A stretch of 64,000 nt of DNA from Octopus sinensis. Taxonomy: Eukaryota. This document shows positions 51,906-63,957 of this stretch, piece after piece; positions within the stretch are counted from its first letter, which is position 1, and each line of letters begins with the position of its first letter. The stretch covers positions 47,926,001-47,990,000 of the forward strand of contig NC_043013.1 of assembly GCF_006345805.1 (NCBI RefSeq), given 5' to 3'. Made by a program: the position numbers and the translations under genes. Below the pieces are notes generated by a model, which was given only the letters and a program-made list of their open reading frames with translations, was not told the origin of the DNA and did no database searches.

Positions 51906-52185
51906 AAATCCATAAAGAAATTAATATAAGTACTCATTTATATTTAAAAAATCACTCACAGACGTACTTACAGTGGACCGCGGACTGCATGCCGGTGTCT
52001 GCCTCGTGTGATTTTACATATACATCGATGTTTGTATCAACGAGGTTATTGGTTTGTCCACGTGCATGTATACGTAAGTGATAATTCCATATATACATTA
52101 GTATGTGTGTGTCTACATATACTGTTGATACACGGATAAGCTATTCTCGACCCTACCTTGGTATTTTTATTATTAAAATACCTTA

Positions 52186-52583
52186 CGGCAGCGAGCTGGC
52201 AGAAACGTTAGAACACTGGACGAAATGTTTAGCGGTATTTCGCCCGTTGCTACGTTCTGAGTTCAAACTCTACCGAGGTCGACTTTGCCTTTCATCCTTT
52301 CGGGGTCGATTAAATAAGTACCAGTTACGCACTGGGGTCGATATAATCGACTTAATCCGTTTGCCTGTCCTTGTTTGTCCTCTCTGTGTTTAGCCCCTTG
52401 TGGGTAGTAAAGAAATAGGTATTTCGCCCGTTACTACGTTCTGAGTTCAAACTCCACCGAAGTCGATTTTTGCCTTTCATTCTTTCGGGGTTGATGGAAT
52501 AAGTACCATTCAAATACTGGGGATGATGTAATCGACTAGCCTCCTCCTCCAAAATTTCTGCCCTTGTGCCTACATTAGAAGGA
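52186..52583 (+). mobile_element. Dimeric SINE family B with a 16-bp TSD
   Basis: attattaaaatacctt at 52169-52184 and 52584-52599. Same left-plus-right monomer architecture as 39634-40040. Confidence 0.85.
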
Positions 52584-53784
52584 ATTATTAAAATACCTTG
52601 AATCTATTATTGGATACTGCAAATAGTTATATACACGCACATATATCTATATATGTGCGTGTATCCACCCGTAAATATGTTATATTATTTGACATTCTTT
52701 TTACATCTCTGCCTTTGTTATGTTGGGGCACCACTTAGTGGGATTTTAGTCGATTCTATCAAATTCAGTCTTATATTTCATAGATCTTGGAAGAAATATA
52801 AGTAAAAAAAAAATAATGTGAAGTGGTTTTGAAGTTTTGTATTATAGTAATTTATCGAAGCTACTTGGTAGTAGCCTAAGAATTTCAAAGCAATATTTCC
52901 CAAAAATTTATTGTGGACCTCTTTCTAACACTTAGCGACACGATGACGTTCGTATATTTTGCTTCCAGTCTAACAACAGAGTGGTCTATACTTTCCTTTA
53001 TTCAGTACATTAGCTATGCCCCATTCCGTTGAGACAGAACTTAGTTCGTGGCGATATGTGAAATAAACTCTGTTTGTTTTTTGTATTTGTTCATTGAATT
53101 ACTATGTAAAGATGTGTTTCTCGGCTATCCAATAGCTTTCGTTTCTTCGTTTATGCAAGGCGAGGTTTGTCCAACTGCAGATCATTTGGAAGCGAAGTGG
53201 TTCACTTATAACCCTTTCAGTTTTTGTACACGTTTTAACAAAACCGGCCATGTTTTTATTCATCACGCCATAACAGTAAAAATGATTTTGAGGAAATGAC
53301 TCTTAGCTTCTAATCCATTTCCTAAGGTATGTAAGACCAACATCCAATGTCTTCAGTTAGGAGTTTACAATTATGCGATAATTTTAAGTATTCCTTCAGT
53401 TGTCCCCGAGTTCCTTGCTGTTGTTCTGGATGACCCTTCGGACCTTGGTTTTTAGAATACTACCGACATTCTTTGTACATCTGTTATAAAAGCTGACTGT
53501 TACTCTTGTGGTTATTGTATTGGGAAATGTCTTCTAATTAACATTAAGAAATTCACAACTACGTTTGTTTCTCCATTCTGTCATTCCGAAAGCTACAGGC
53601 TTAGCATTTCTGATTGTTGTGATTGTTTTAAGATCAATGCATAAAGTTAAGCAATCTTCCAAAACCAGTTAAAATTTATTTAAATATTATATCTGTTGAA
53701 TAGTTCCCCATATCTATGGATAGTAGAGAAGAATTTATCTATCAAATTTAGGAAGAAGTTAATATTGAACTAAACATTTACCTT

Positions 53785-54225
53785 ATGGCGGTGAGCTAGC
53801 AGGATCGTTGTTAGCACACTGGACGAAATACTTAGCAGTATTTTACTCGTCGCTACGTTCTGAGTTCAAATTCCGCCGAGGTCGACTTTGCCTTTCATCT
53901 TTTCGGGGTCGATAAACCAGCACCAGCGAACCACTGGAGCCGATGTAACCGACTTACACCCTCCCCCACAATGTCAAGCCTTGTGCCTTTAGTAGAAAAG
54001 ATTATTAAAAGGCTTTAAGGCAGCGAGCTGGCAGGATCGTTAGCACACTGGACGAAATGCTTAGCAGTATTTCGCCCGTTGTTATGTTCTGAGTTCAAAC
54101 TTCGCCGAAGTCTACTTTGCTTTTCATCTTTTCGGGAACGATAAAATAATTACCAGTCAAGCACTGAGGTCGATGTAATCGCCTTATACCCTCTTTCTAA
54201 TAAATGCCTTTAATAGAAGGGTTTA
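53785..54225 (+). mobile_element. Two tandem SINE family B monomers
   Basis: Heads at ~53785 and ~54017, each with the B-box and central domain. Confidence 0.85.
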
Positions 54226-55500
54226 TTAAAATACCTTTGTTCTATTCGATACTGCAAATAACTATATACATACACACACACCTACACACACACACACATA
54301 CACACAGATACACATATATGCATACATATATACGTATGTATGTTTTATGTATGTATGTATGTATAGACAGAGAATGTGTGTTTGTATGTATCTATGTATG
54401 TATTGTTTATGTATCATGAACTATGTAGAATATTCAGAATATTCACAAAATTTAGACTGAGTATAGGCACATTTCTTGACATCTAACCCACCATACATAT
54501 TATTTTGCTGTCAAAGTGTATGCATACACCATTCATTCTTAACAACCTTAGTTTAACTATCCTCTTTAAATATCCTCTTTGAAATGTTCAATAGCACTAG
54601 ATTAACAGGTTTTCATAACTACACTGATGTATGTATATATTGGTGTGTATGAATGTATGTATGTATATGTATATATATATATATGCGTGTGTGTTTGTGT
54701 ATGTGTATATATATATATAGATGCCTAAAAATATATGTATATACGCCTGTGTATGTGTATGTATGTGTATGTATATATGAGTGTATGAGTGTGTGTATTT
54801 AGGCATATATAAATACGTTTGTGTGTGGGAGAGTATGTGTGAGCCTGTGTGAGCCTGTGTGAGCCTGTGTGTGTATGTAAGTATATATGCGATTACTGAA
54901 TACTGAAGGTCAGCTAGTGAAATTCACATGTGCAGCCAACCATGAAGAACAGGTCGGCGATTAGCCGATACCAAAATAGCCATCCACTACCATTCGCAGC
55001 AGTCCACCAAACGCACTCTGGCAGAGCGCAGCATGCGTCTACCGGCTGCTACTAAATTCAAACCAATACAGACGGAAGGGATCACCTTGAAATCGAAGAT
55101 TTTAAACTAACGGAAACAACACTAGAATATCACCTGAGGAAACACTAGATTTCATTATGAAAACAAACAGTTATATAATCAAGTATCTGTATTTTTGGAG
55201 AACTACGTTGCATGGAAACATTTGTAGTGATTACAAAATAACTGTCAAATCGTACTCCTTGGTGACTCCAATTTCTTCAATGTTATCATATATTGACACA
55301 CGACGAATGCCCAAACGTAAACTTCAAAATATATAATAACGCTATCGGATAGTATTGGATAATTCTGAGGGTGGACGAGCTTTATACTGTATATTGCCAC
55401 GTTTCTAACGGAATATACCATAATTTTATATATATATATTTCGTTTTGGGATTTGGTTTGCAAGATTCTTAATGTGAGTTCGTGTGTTGAAGCATATTCT

Positions 55501-55688
55501 GTTGTGTCTGGGGAGAGTCATTTTCTTTTAGTGCCTTATTTAAAATTTTCGACTTTTTAACGACTATTGAAAAGGTTGCAAGATGCAACGAAAATTTTAG
55601 AAAGAATTAATAAGTAAATCAGTTGAAACGTTACCGGTGAGTGTGTTAAATAAGGCACTAAAATACAATGACTCTCCCCAGACACAAC
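55501..55688. repeat. Element with 43-bp inverted repeats between (TA)n tracts
   Basis: 55501-55543 and 55646-55688 are reverse complements with 2 mismatches. Confidence 0.85.
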
Positions 55689-55691
55689 AAG

Positions 55692-55726
<35 letters not shown>

Positions 55727-55740
55727 ATATATAGAGAGAG

Positions 55741-55793
<53 letters not shown>

Positions 55794-56384
55794 CACACAC
55801 ACACAGAGGGAGAGCGGTGGACAAAAGTAGGCATACAGTGGCTTAATATGAATGGAATGTTCTTTTCATTTCTCTGTTTCTTTTATTAAACCTAAGCGAT
55901 TCATAAGTCGACTTAGGGATCTGTGGGAGATGCCTAGTTCACTGAAAGCCCTCTTTTTAAAAAAATTTGTAGACTTTCAGTGAATGCTTGAACCAAAAGC
56001 ATTTCGTTTTCTTCAGCGGTGACACTGACCGGTCGACCACTTTTCTATGCATTGCAGACGGACCCAGTCTGTTCAAATTTGTCCTTTATTCTGTAAACTG
56101 TTAATGGTCTTTGAAATTCTTCAGCCCATTTCTGTCTGTCTAACCATTTCTGCATTCTCTGCCTCCCAGTACTGTTTGGTGATCCATTTCCGTTCATCAT
56201 TGCTCTAATTTCCAGCTATGTAATAAATATCTGTAATTAGTAATAATTATTGTATTAGAGAAAGAATCATAGATTCATAGAATTCTTATCCTAAAAAAGA
56301 AATAAAGAAACGAAAAGAACACTCCAGTCATTTTAAGCAACTGTATACATACTTTTGCACTGACAGACAAACACTTAGACAAAC

Positions 56385-56525
<141 letters not shown>

Positions 56526-57637
56526 AGCGAAAGAAAGTACGTGCGACTGTGCATAACATTATGAATATAAAACTCAAAAAGAGTACTGGAGGTTATAGAG
56601 CAGCCTTCGTCTTTTAAAAACTTTTTTACAACAGAAAAACATGTACAGCTAAAATGCTATTATTGATCAATGAAGAATGAAGTAAATTGCTATAACTTGA
56701 TAATATGCATGCTACTGAGGACAAAACAAAAATTGTATAACTCGAGCTCTATATAGTCCTTATATACAAATTTGCTCTGTAAGGAGCATATGGCCGGTTT
56801 CCTGGTTTTCTGGCCCCTATATTCAACACTGGACGGGACGTCGGTCAGTCACAGGGTAACTCCTTTTCAATAGCTGAGTGAACTGAAGCAACGTGAAATG
56901 AAGTGTTTTTCTCAAGCGCACAACGCATCACCCGGTCGAGGAATCGAAACCACAATCTAATGAGCATGAGTCAAACAGCCCACACCACTAAGCCATGCGC
57001 CTCCACTTATATAAAGCTTGAATTTTACCAATTGTTTTGTCACTGGTTTCTATAACTTAAGAAAAACTTGTAGTAATATAACACACAACCGCTGTAAAAA
57101 TTCAGGAGATACAAATGCACCAGGGATTACTCCCAAAGAAGAATTTATGTCCACAATAGACTGGCTAGCCGAAGTGCTTCATTTCTTCAGAGTCACTTTA
57201 AATTTCTCCGGATTCCCACCGATTCGAGTTGTGCCAGATTCATAGCAACAACAAAAATGAAAGAAATGATCAACGCTTGTCTTTAGAAATTACCAAATTT
57301 CGCAAATACTGCAGTTACTGATTGTAGAACATACGACTGTCTCTCTTATGTATATAGATATATGTGTGCGCATGTGTGAGTGTGTGTTTATATATATACA
57401 TACATATATATATATTATATAATATATATATATATATATATATTACACGTTCTCTGCATAGATGTAATGCAAGGAACAAAGGAATACAAGACTAATACTC
57501 ATAAATGAATCAAATAGCAAATTCGAATTTAATACAAGTCGTAAATTTCTTTGAGACAGCTGGTTAGAGGGTAGATAAGCGTTATATGTAACCTTTATAT
57601 ATATTATAATATTACTTTAGTACACACACACACACAC

Positions 57638-57696
<59 letters not shown>

Positions 57697-57704
<8 letters not shown>

Positions 57705-57995
57705 AAAGGGCTTAGTAAAATAAATTACTTTGCCGCATACTGAACTCATTAGAATAGCAGCTAAAAAACTTTTTTAAAGCTATTTCTAATACTTAAAGAA
57801 AATCTCTCTCATATATAGTGTTTGCTTAATTCAACTCACAAAAGTTGAATTTTGTGAGTTGAATTAAGCAAACACTATATATGAGAGAGATTTTCTTTAA
57901 GTATTAGAAATAGCTTTAAAAAAGTTTTTTAGCTGCTATTTCTAATGAGTTCAGTATGCGGCAAAGTAATTTATTTACTAAGCCCTTTATATAAT
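57697..57995. repeat. ~300-bp near-perfect palindrome (arms ~146 bp, 6-nt spacer)
   Basis: Left arm 57697-57843, spacer gttgaa 57844-49, right arm 57850-57995. The arms appear to differ only by homopolymer indels. Confidence 0.95.
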
Positions 57996-58089
57996 GTAAT
58001 AATTTGAATTCGCCTTGAATGGTCCCTTTGCATACTGAACACTTGGTGAAATTGATTAATAATTAATTAATTTTGCCCTCAATTGTTGA

Positions 58090-58134
<45 letters not shown>

Positions 58135-58522
58135 ATATATATATATGAAGATGAATTAGGGTAACGTTTTTTAAATTTTCACCTTATTTCCGAAGTGCAC
58201 TACTTGGCGGTTTGAGTTCTGGCTGCTCTTTCTGGTGGACGAATGGCCTGTTTAGGCCATTCCTAAATTGTTATATTTATATATTTAGTCTTTGACTATT
58301 TTCTCTTTTCCACTAGGCCGCTGGTAGCGATAAATTGTACTGAATTTTTTGCTACCCTAAATTGATTAATTGATAATTTTCTGACTAATTCTGAGATTGA
58401 ATCGGCAGTTTATATTTGCTGCCGATAAGTTTGGCGCGAATGCGTTGGTCTTGAAAATTTTAAGACAGATATTCCCGAGGCATTGATACAGTCGCCTCGT
58501 GTATATTCGTCTCTCCCAGGTT

Positions 58523-58622
58523 TCTTTTACTGATGAAGGTGACCTATGGTAGACTAGCTTAATTTAATTTAATTAAGCTGGTCTACCATTAAAAACACCG
58601 AAACGATGCATCGTATAAAAGA
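58523..58622 (+). ncRNA. Type I hammerhead ribozyme, copy 1
   Basis: Stem I UCUUUUA/UAAAAGA; CUGAUGA 58530-36; stem II GGUG/CACC carrying a 19-bp hairpin; GAAA 58600-03; stem III ACGAUGCAUCGU; GUA triplet with cleavage after 58615. Confidence 0.9.
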
Positions 58623-58990
58623 TGAATTAGGGTAAACGTTTTTAAATTTTCACCTTATTTCCGAATTGCACTACTTGGCGGTTTGAGTTCTGGTGCTCTT
58701 TCTGGTGGACGAATGGCTGTTTAGGCCATTCCTAAATTGTTATATTTATATATATTTAGTCTTTGACTTTTTCTCTTTTCCACTAGGCCGCTGGTAGCGA
58801 TAAATTTTTACTGAATTTTTTGCTACCCTAAATTGATTAATTGATAATTTCTGACTAATTCTGAGATTGAATCGGCAGTTTATTTTGCTGCCGATAAGTT
58901 TGGCGCGAATGCGTTGGTCTTGAAAATTTTAAGACAGATATTCCCGAGGCATTGATACAGTCGCCTCGTGTATATTCGTCTCTCCCAGGT

Positions 58991-59091
58991 TCTTTTACTG
59001 ATGAAGTGTGACCTATGGTAGACTAGCTTAATTTAATTTAATTAAGCTGGTCTACCATTAAAAACACCGAAACGATGCATCGTATAAAAGA
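58991..59091 (+). ncRNA. Type I hammerhead ribozyme, copy 2
   Basis: CUGAUGA 58998-59004, stem II GUGU/ACAC, GAAA from 59069, cleavage after 59084. Confidence 0.88.
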
Positions 59092-59462
59092 TGAATTAGG
59101 GTAAACGTTTTTAAATTTTCACCTTATTTCCGAATTGCACTACTTGGCGGTTTGAGTTCTGGCTGCTCTTTCTGGTGGACGAATGGCCTGTTTAGGCCAT
59201 TCCTAAATTGTTTATTTATATATATTAGTCTTTGACTATTTTCTCTTTTCCACTAGGCGCTGGTAGCGATAAATTTTTACTGAATTTTTTGCTACCCTAA
59301 ATTGATTAATTGATAATTTTCTGACTAATTCTGAGATTGAATCGGCAGTTTATATTTGCTGCCGATAAGTTTGGCGCGAATGCGTTGGTCTTGAAAATTT
59401 TAAGACAGATATTCCCGAGGCATTGATACAGTTCCCTCGTGTATATTCGTCTCTCCCAGGTT

Positions 59463-59565
59463 TCTTTTACTGATGAAGTGTGACCTATGGTAGACTAGCT
59501 TAATTTAATTTAATTAAGCTGGTCTACCATTAAAAACACCGAAACGATGCATCGTATATAAAAGA
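59463..59565 (+). ncRNA. Type I hammerhead ribozyme, copy 3 (extra UA after the cleavage site)
   Basis: CUGAUGA 59470-76 and GAAA 59541-44. Reads gta-ta-taaaaga instead of gta-taaaaga. Confidence 0.75.
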
Positions 59566-59937
59566 TGAATTAGGGTAAACGTTTTTAAATTTTCACTTAT
59601 TTCCGAATTGCACTACTTGGCGGTTTGAGTTCTGGCTGCTCTTTCTGGTGGACGAATGGCCTGTTTAGGCCATTCCTAAATGTTTATATTTATATATATT
59701 TAGTCTTTGACTATTTTCTCTTTTCCACTAGGCCGCTGGTAGCGATAAATTTTTACTGAATTTTTTGCTACCCTAAATTGATTAATTGATAATTTTCTGA
59801 CTAATTCTGAGATTGAATCGGCAGTTTATATTTGCTGCCGATAAGTTTGGCGCGAATGCGTGGTCTTGAAAATTTTAAGACAGATATTCCCGAGGCATTG
59901 ATACAGTCGCCTCGTGTATATTCGTCTCTCCCAGGTT

Positions 59938-60037
59938 TCTTTTACTGATGAAGTGTGACCTATGGTAGACTAGCTTAATTAATTTAATTAAGCTGGTCTA
60001 CCATTAAAAACACCGAAACGATGCATCGTATAAAAGA
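59938..60037 (+). ncRNA. Type I hammerhead ribozyme, copy 4
   Basis: CUGAUGA 59945-51, GAAA 60015-18, cleavage after 60030. Confidence 0.88.
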
Positions 60038-60170
60038 TGAATTAGGGTAAACGTTTTTAAATTTTCACCTTATTTCCGAATTGCACTACTTGGCGGTTTG
60101 AGTTCTGGCTGCCTTTCTGGTGGAGAATGGCCTGTTTAGGCCATTCCTAAATTGTTATATTTATATATAT

Positions 60171-60235
<65 letters not shown>

Positions 60236-62689
60236 GGAGTCATCCATGTATATGTGTATTTATGCATTTGTATACGCATATATATCAGTATATATCAGTA
60301 TAAATATATATACATGTACACATATCAATATATATGAGCATACGTAAGTACAAACACGTACACATGAAACTATATGTGTGCGTGTGCTGTGTAAGTGCGT
60401 TTGCGTGTGCTCTACTGTGTGTGTGGTGGGGTGATGGCATTGATATTAAAATCATTGTAGAGGCGAGTATGATCGGTATATGTTTGAAATATTATTGGGT
60501 GTATAAAAACGCGACTTTCTTGAGAAATATTTCGTCATTCCATCTAAAGATAAGCAGATGTTCAATACCAGTGAACAGTATTAGATAACATGCTTTGCAT
60601 CAACCCTTTACGTCTCAAGTTCATATTCTACATAATGTAGTCAATCCAACACAACTCCTCACCCTTACAAATTTGTGACCATAATTGTTAAATGAAGAGT
60701 ATTGATAGTGTACTAGGTAGAATTAGGTTGAATATTTCTAGGTTAGAAAACATTAACATTTGCTTCAGCCAATACGTTAAATAATAAAACGAATATAATG
60801 TTATATAATCATCTAGATATGATTCCATATTTCATTTCAAGAATGTTTTTGTTTCGTTTGAACGTCTCAGCATTTGACTGCTATTTTTAAGATAGATATA
60901 TCACTTTTGAATGGTAGTGTATCTACATATCAATATGGCTTATTAAGTGTCAGAATATCTACATATTTTAAAGATGTGTTCGATGCTATCCAGGTATTTG
61001 AAATTTTAGATATACAGATAAGAGAAGAAAAGTAAATAAAGCATTGATTATAAATAAGGGAGATTTTGTTTGATTCTTTTTTAATATGAGAAGAAAATGT
61101 TGAAAGTAAAACTATTTGTGTCCATTGGTCGTTGTAAATCTCACACTATAAAAATCACTGGAGATATTTTTATTTCTCTTTCAAGTGAATTTTGCTTCTT
61201 CTTACGTTAATGTTCAAATATTAAATTGAAATATTGAATGCATAAACTCAGAACAACAATGATAACAACAACATACAAACACCAAAGAGAAGCGAATAAG
61301 AAACGGAGAAAGTAATAGGCAATTAGACTTCCAAATTTTGCCACAGAATTATTCCAGTTCTACATTATGTGGGTAATGCGATGCATGTTTTCAAATCGAT
61401 TGGCTTAATTTATCAACCTTTCCACGTATATCTATCTTTTTTTTGCTTTCTTTAGCTTTTCTCGTCTATTTTGAATTTATTCATTTCATCATCCATTTGT
61501 TTGTTTATTTTTCCTCCTCTGAAACCATTAAGGACAAAGAAACACAAATAACAACAGCCTGTATGAATACATATTTGAGAAGACTAGATTCTTCAATTAT
61601 TTTCAATATTTTGTTTGAAGTTTAAAATTTAATGAATAAAGTTCCTCATTTTCAACGAATCCATTAGTAGGTTTTAATACGAGTCGGTCTTACCTTTTAA
61701 AACTTGGCTCTATTGCTTTTGTTTTTCGGGCATATTTCATTGTAATTTTCTTTTGTTTTATTTATGTTACATACTAGTGCTTTTCTCTTTTCCTTTATGA
61801 TGTGATTCTTGTTTATTTTGATTTAATTTTTTTTCCTCTTGTACAATTTCATTTTATATCCTTCCTATTCTTAGTGCCTTTCTTTCCATTGAATAAATTC
61901 CGTTGCTTTTATCAAGGAAGGGTTGGAGAGCATAATGGGGAGAAGACTTATTCGCTGATACACTGAATTTCCTTTACGCCTTCCCCTATCGTAGCATCTG
62001 TACAAGCAGTTTCGTATACAAGAGCTTTTTTTACACATCAGAATTTATTTTATTTAGTTAAATAAAATAAGATAAATTTTTTAAAAATCCCCTTTAGATT
62101 TTCTCTTCAGAGCCATTTTAATAATGCATATTTAGATTGATATTGTTTTGAAAGAACTGCTTGACTTTCTTATCATTTTCGCGTGTTATAATTCCAGAGT
62201 AGATGGAATCTAATTAAATATGTTTATTAGCGTTAACAGATTTCAGTTTTACTCGTGCTGACATATTGTTACAATACAGCTACACAATGTCGGCGTATTT
62301 TTATAATATTGTTCAAGTTCCCTTTAAGTGAAATTTCCATAATGTTATGTAACTGCAGATATCAATTAAAATTATTTTCTATACACTGGAATGTGCATGC
62401 GTGCGCTCAGAATTGGTTTTTGCCAATGCTTATGCTGTATGTATAATTATACATTCATAATTCACAATGTAAATACGTCTAATGATACTGCCGTGTAACG
62501 AATGCAGTTTATTAGATGTATAATTATATATTCCAGAACATGTGTGTGTGTGTGTGTGTGGTGTGTGTGTGTGTACAAAATTTAATATGCGTGAATTCTT
62601 GTATATGTTTGTAATTTTTGCGTGTGTAGTGTAACAATGTGTATATATACGGATGTATATGTTTCTTTGTGCATGTGTGAGAAAGACAG

Positions 62690-62723
<34 letters not shown>

Positions 62724-63039
62724 TATTAGTGCCGGTGTGCGTATAATTATGTGTGTTTGTGTATGTATGTGTGAGGACATGTGATGGAAATCTTATCTTT
62801 GAGTATTCTTTCTTCTTCGGTACAATTTTAATTCGAGCCCAACTTTCGCTGGCGAGAGAAATATGTCTCTGGAACTAAATAACGTTTTACAGTTGGTGGT
62901 GTGTGTATGAATATATACATACATATATATATATATAGCTATGTATATGTATATGTGTGGGGGATTGCCTGTATATAGGTTAGCTTATGTATATATATAT
63001 ATATATACACCTCAGTATTAGGCTGATATTTGTTGTTGT

Positions 63040-63330
63040 TGTTGTTGTCGTTGTGTGTGTATATATATATATAACAAATTAATAAATAAAACATATGCAT
63101 ATATACATACATATATGTACGTACCTACATCTACATGTATATATATACATGCATATATGGGTACAGGACACCAAAAAAAAACGTCGAACACAATGAGAAA
63201 CGAAAACATAAACACAAAACCAAGGAAATGGACATTTTTCTTAAACAACGATATATATATATATATATATATACATACACACAACAACAACAACAATGAA
63301 TACCAGCCTAATACTACGGTAGACTTAAAC
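63040..63330 (-). repeat. Dispersed repeat homologous to 50890-51050 (pLTR-like)
   Basis: Shares tgtgttcgacgt..tttggtgtcctgtac.catatatgc.tgtatat...acatgtaga.gtaggtacgtac in reverse. Confidence 0.7.
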
Positions 63331-63699
63331 GACTATAACCTCTCCTATGTCAGAAAGCATTATTACTTAATCTACATTATTGCAACAAAATAGAGAAGTC
63401 TGATGTAAAACATTGAACTTCTAACTTAACAGTATCTCCTCCCCGCCCCTCTTCTCTAAGCGCTGTCGCACACAGACGTATATAGACATATACATACATG
63501 CACTTGAGGGCGCACACACACGTATACCTGCACACACCAACTCATACACAAACACGCACGCGTACACATATGAACATGAGCGCACACACACATGTAAGTA
63601 TTTTCCCTTTGCTTCTTCACTGAATAAATATAACTCAATTTATTAAATTCCTTTTTTATTACATATATATATATATGTGTGTGATTGCGTGTGCATACA

Positions 63700-63721
63700 A
63701 AATATGTTATATATATGGGAT

Positions 63722-63772
<51 letters not shown>

Positions 63773-63821
63773 ATATATATAATAATTATTATTATTATTA
63801 TGATTATTAATATAATTATTA

Positions 63822-63864
<43 letters not shown>

Positions 63865-63908
63865 TATTATTATTAATTATTATTATTATCATCATCATCA
63901 TCATTATT

Positions 63909-63941
<33 letters not shown>

Positions 63942-63957
63942 GAGAAAGAGAGATAGG

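Larger units (their letters stand above)
58148..60171 (+). mobile_element. Retrozyme-like tandem array: ~4.3 head-to-tail ~470-nt hammerhead-containing units between (TA)n tracts
   Basis: Predicted cleavage sites at 58615, 59084, 59556 and 60030 (spacings 469, 472, 474). Units are nearly identical and contain no ORF. Confidence 0.85.

Noticed and set aside
57930-57975. Hammerhead remnant inside the palindrome arm (cUAAUGAG...cAAAGUA)
   Set aside because: Two core mismatches and no convincing stem II.
58148-60171. CRISPR array or ordinary satellite
   Set aside because: There are no variable spacers and the units are ~470 nt. The context is eukaryotic, and the intact ribozyme core explains the repeat better.
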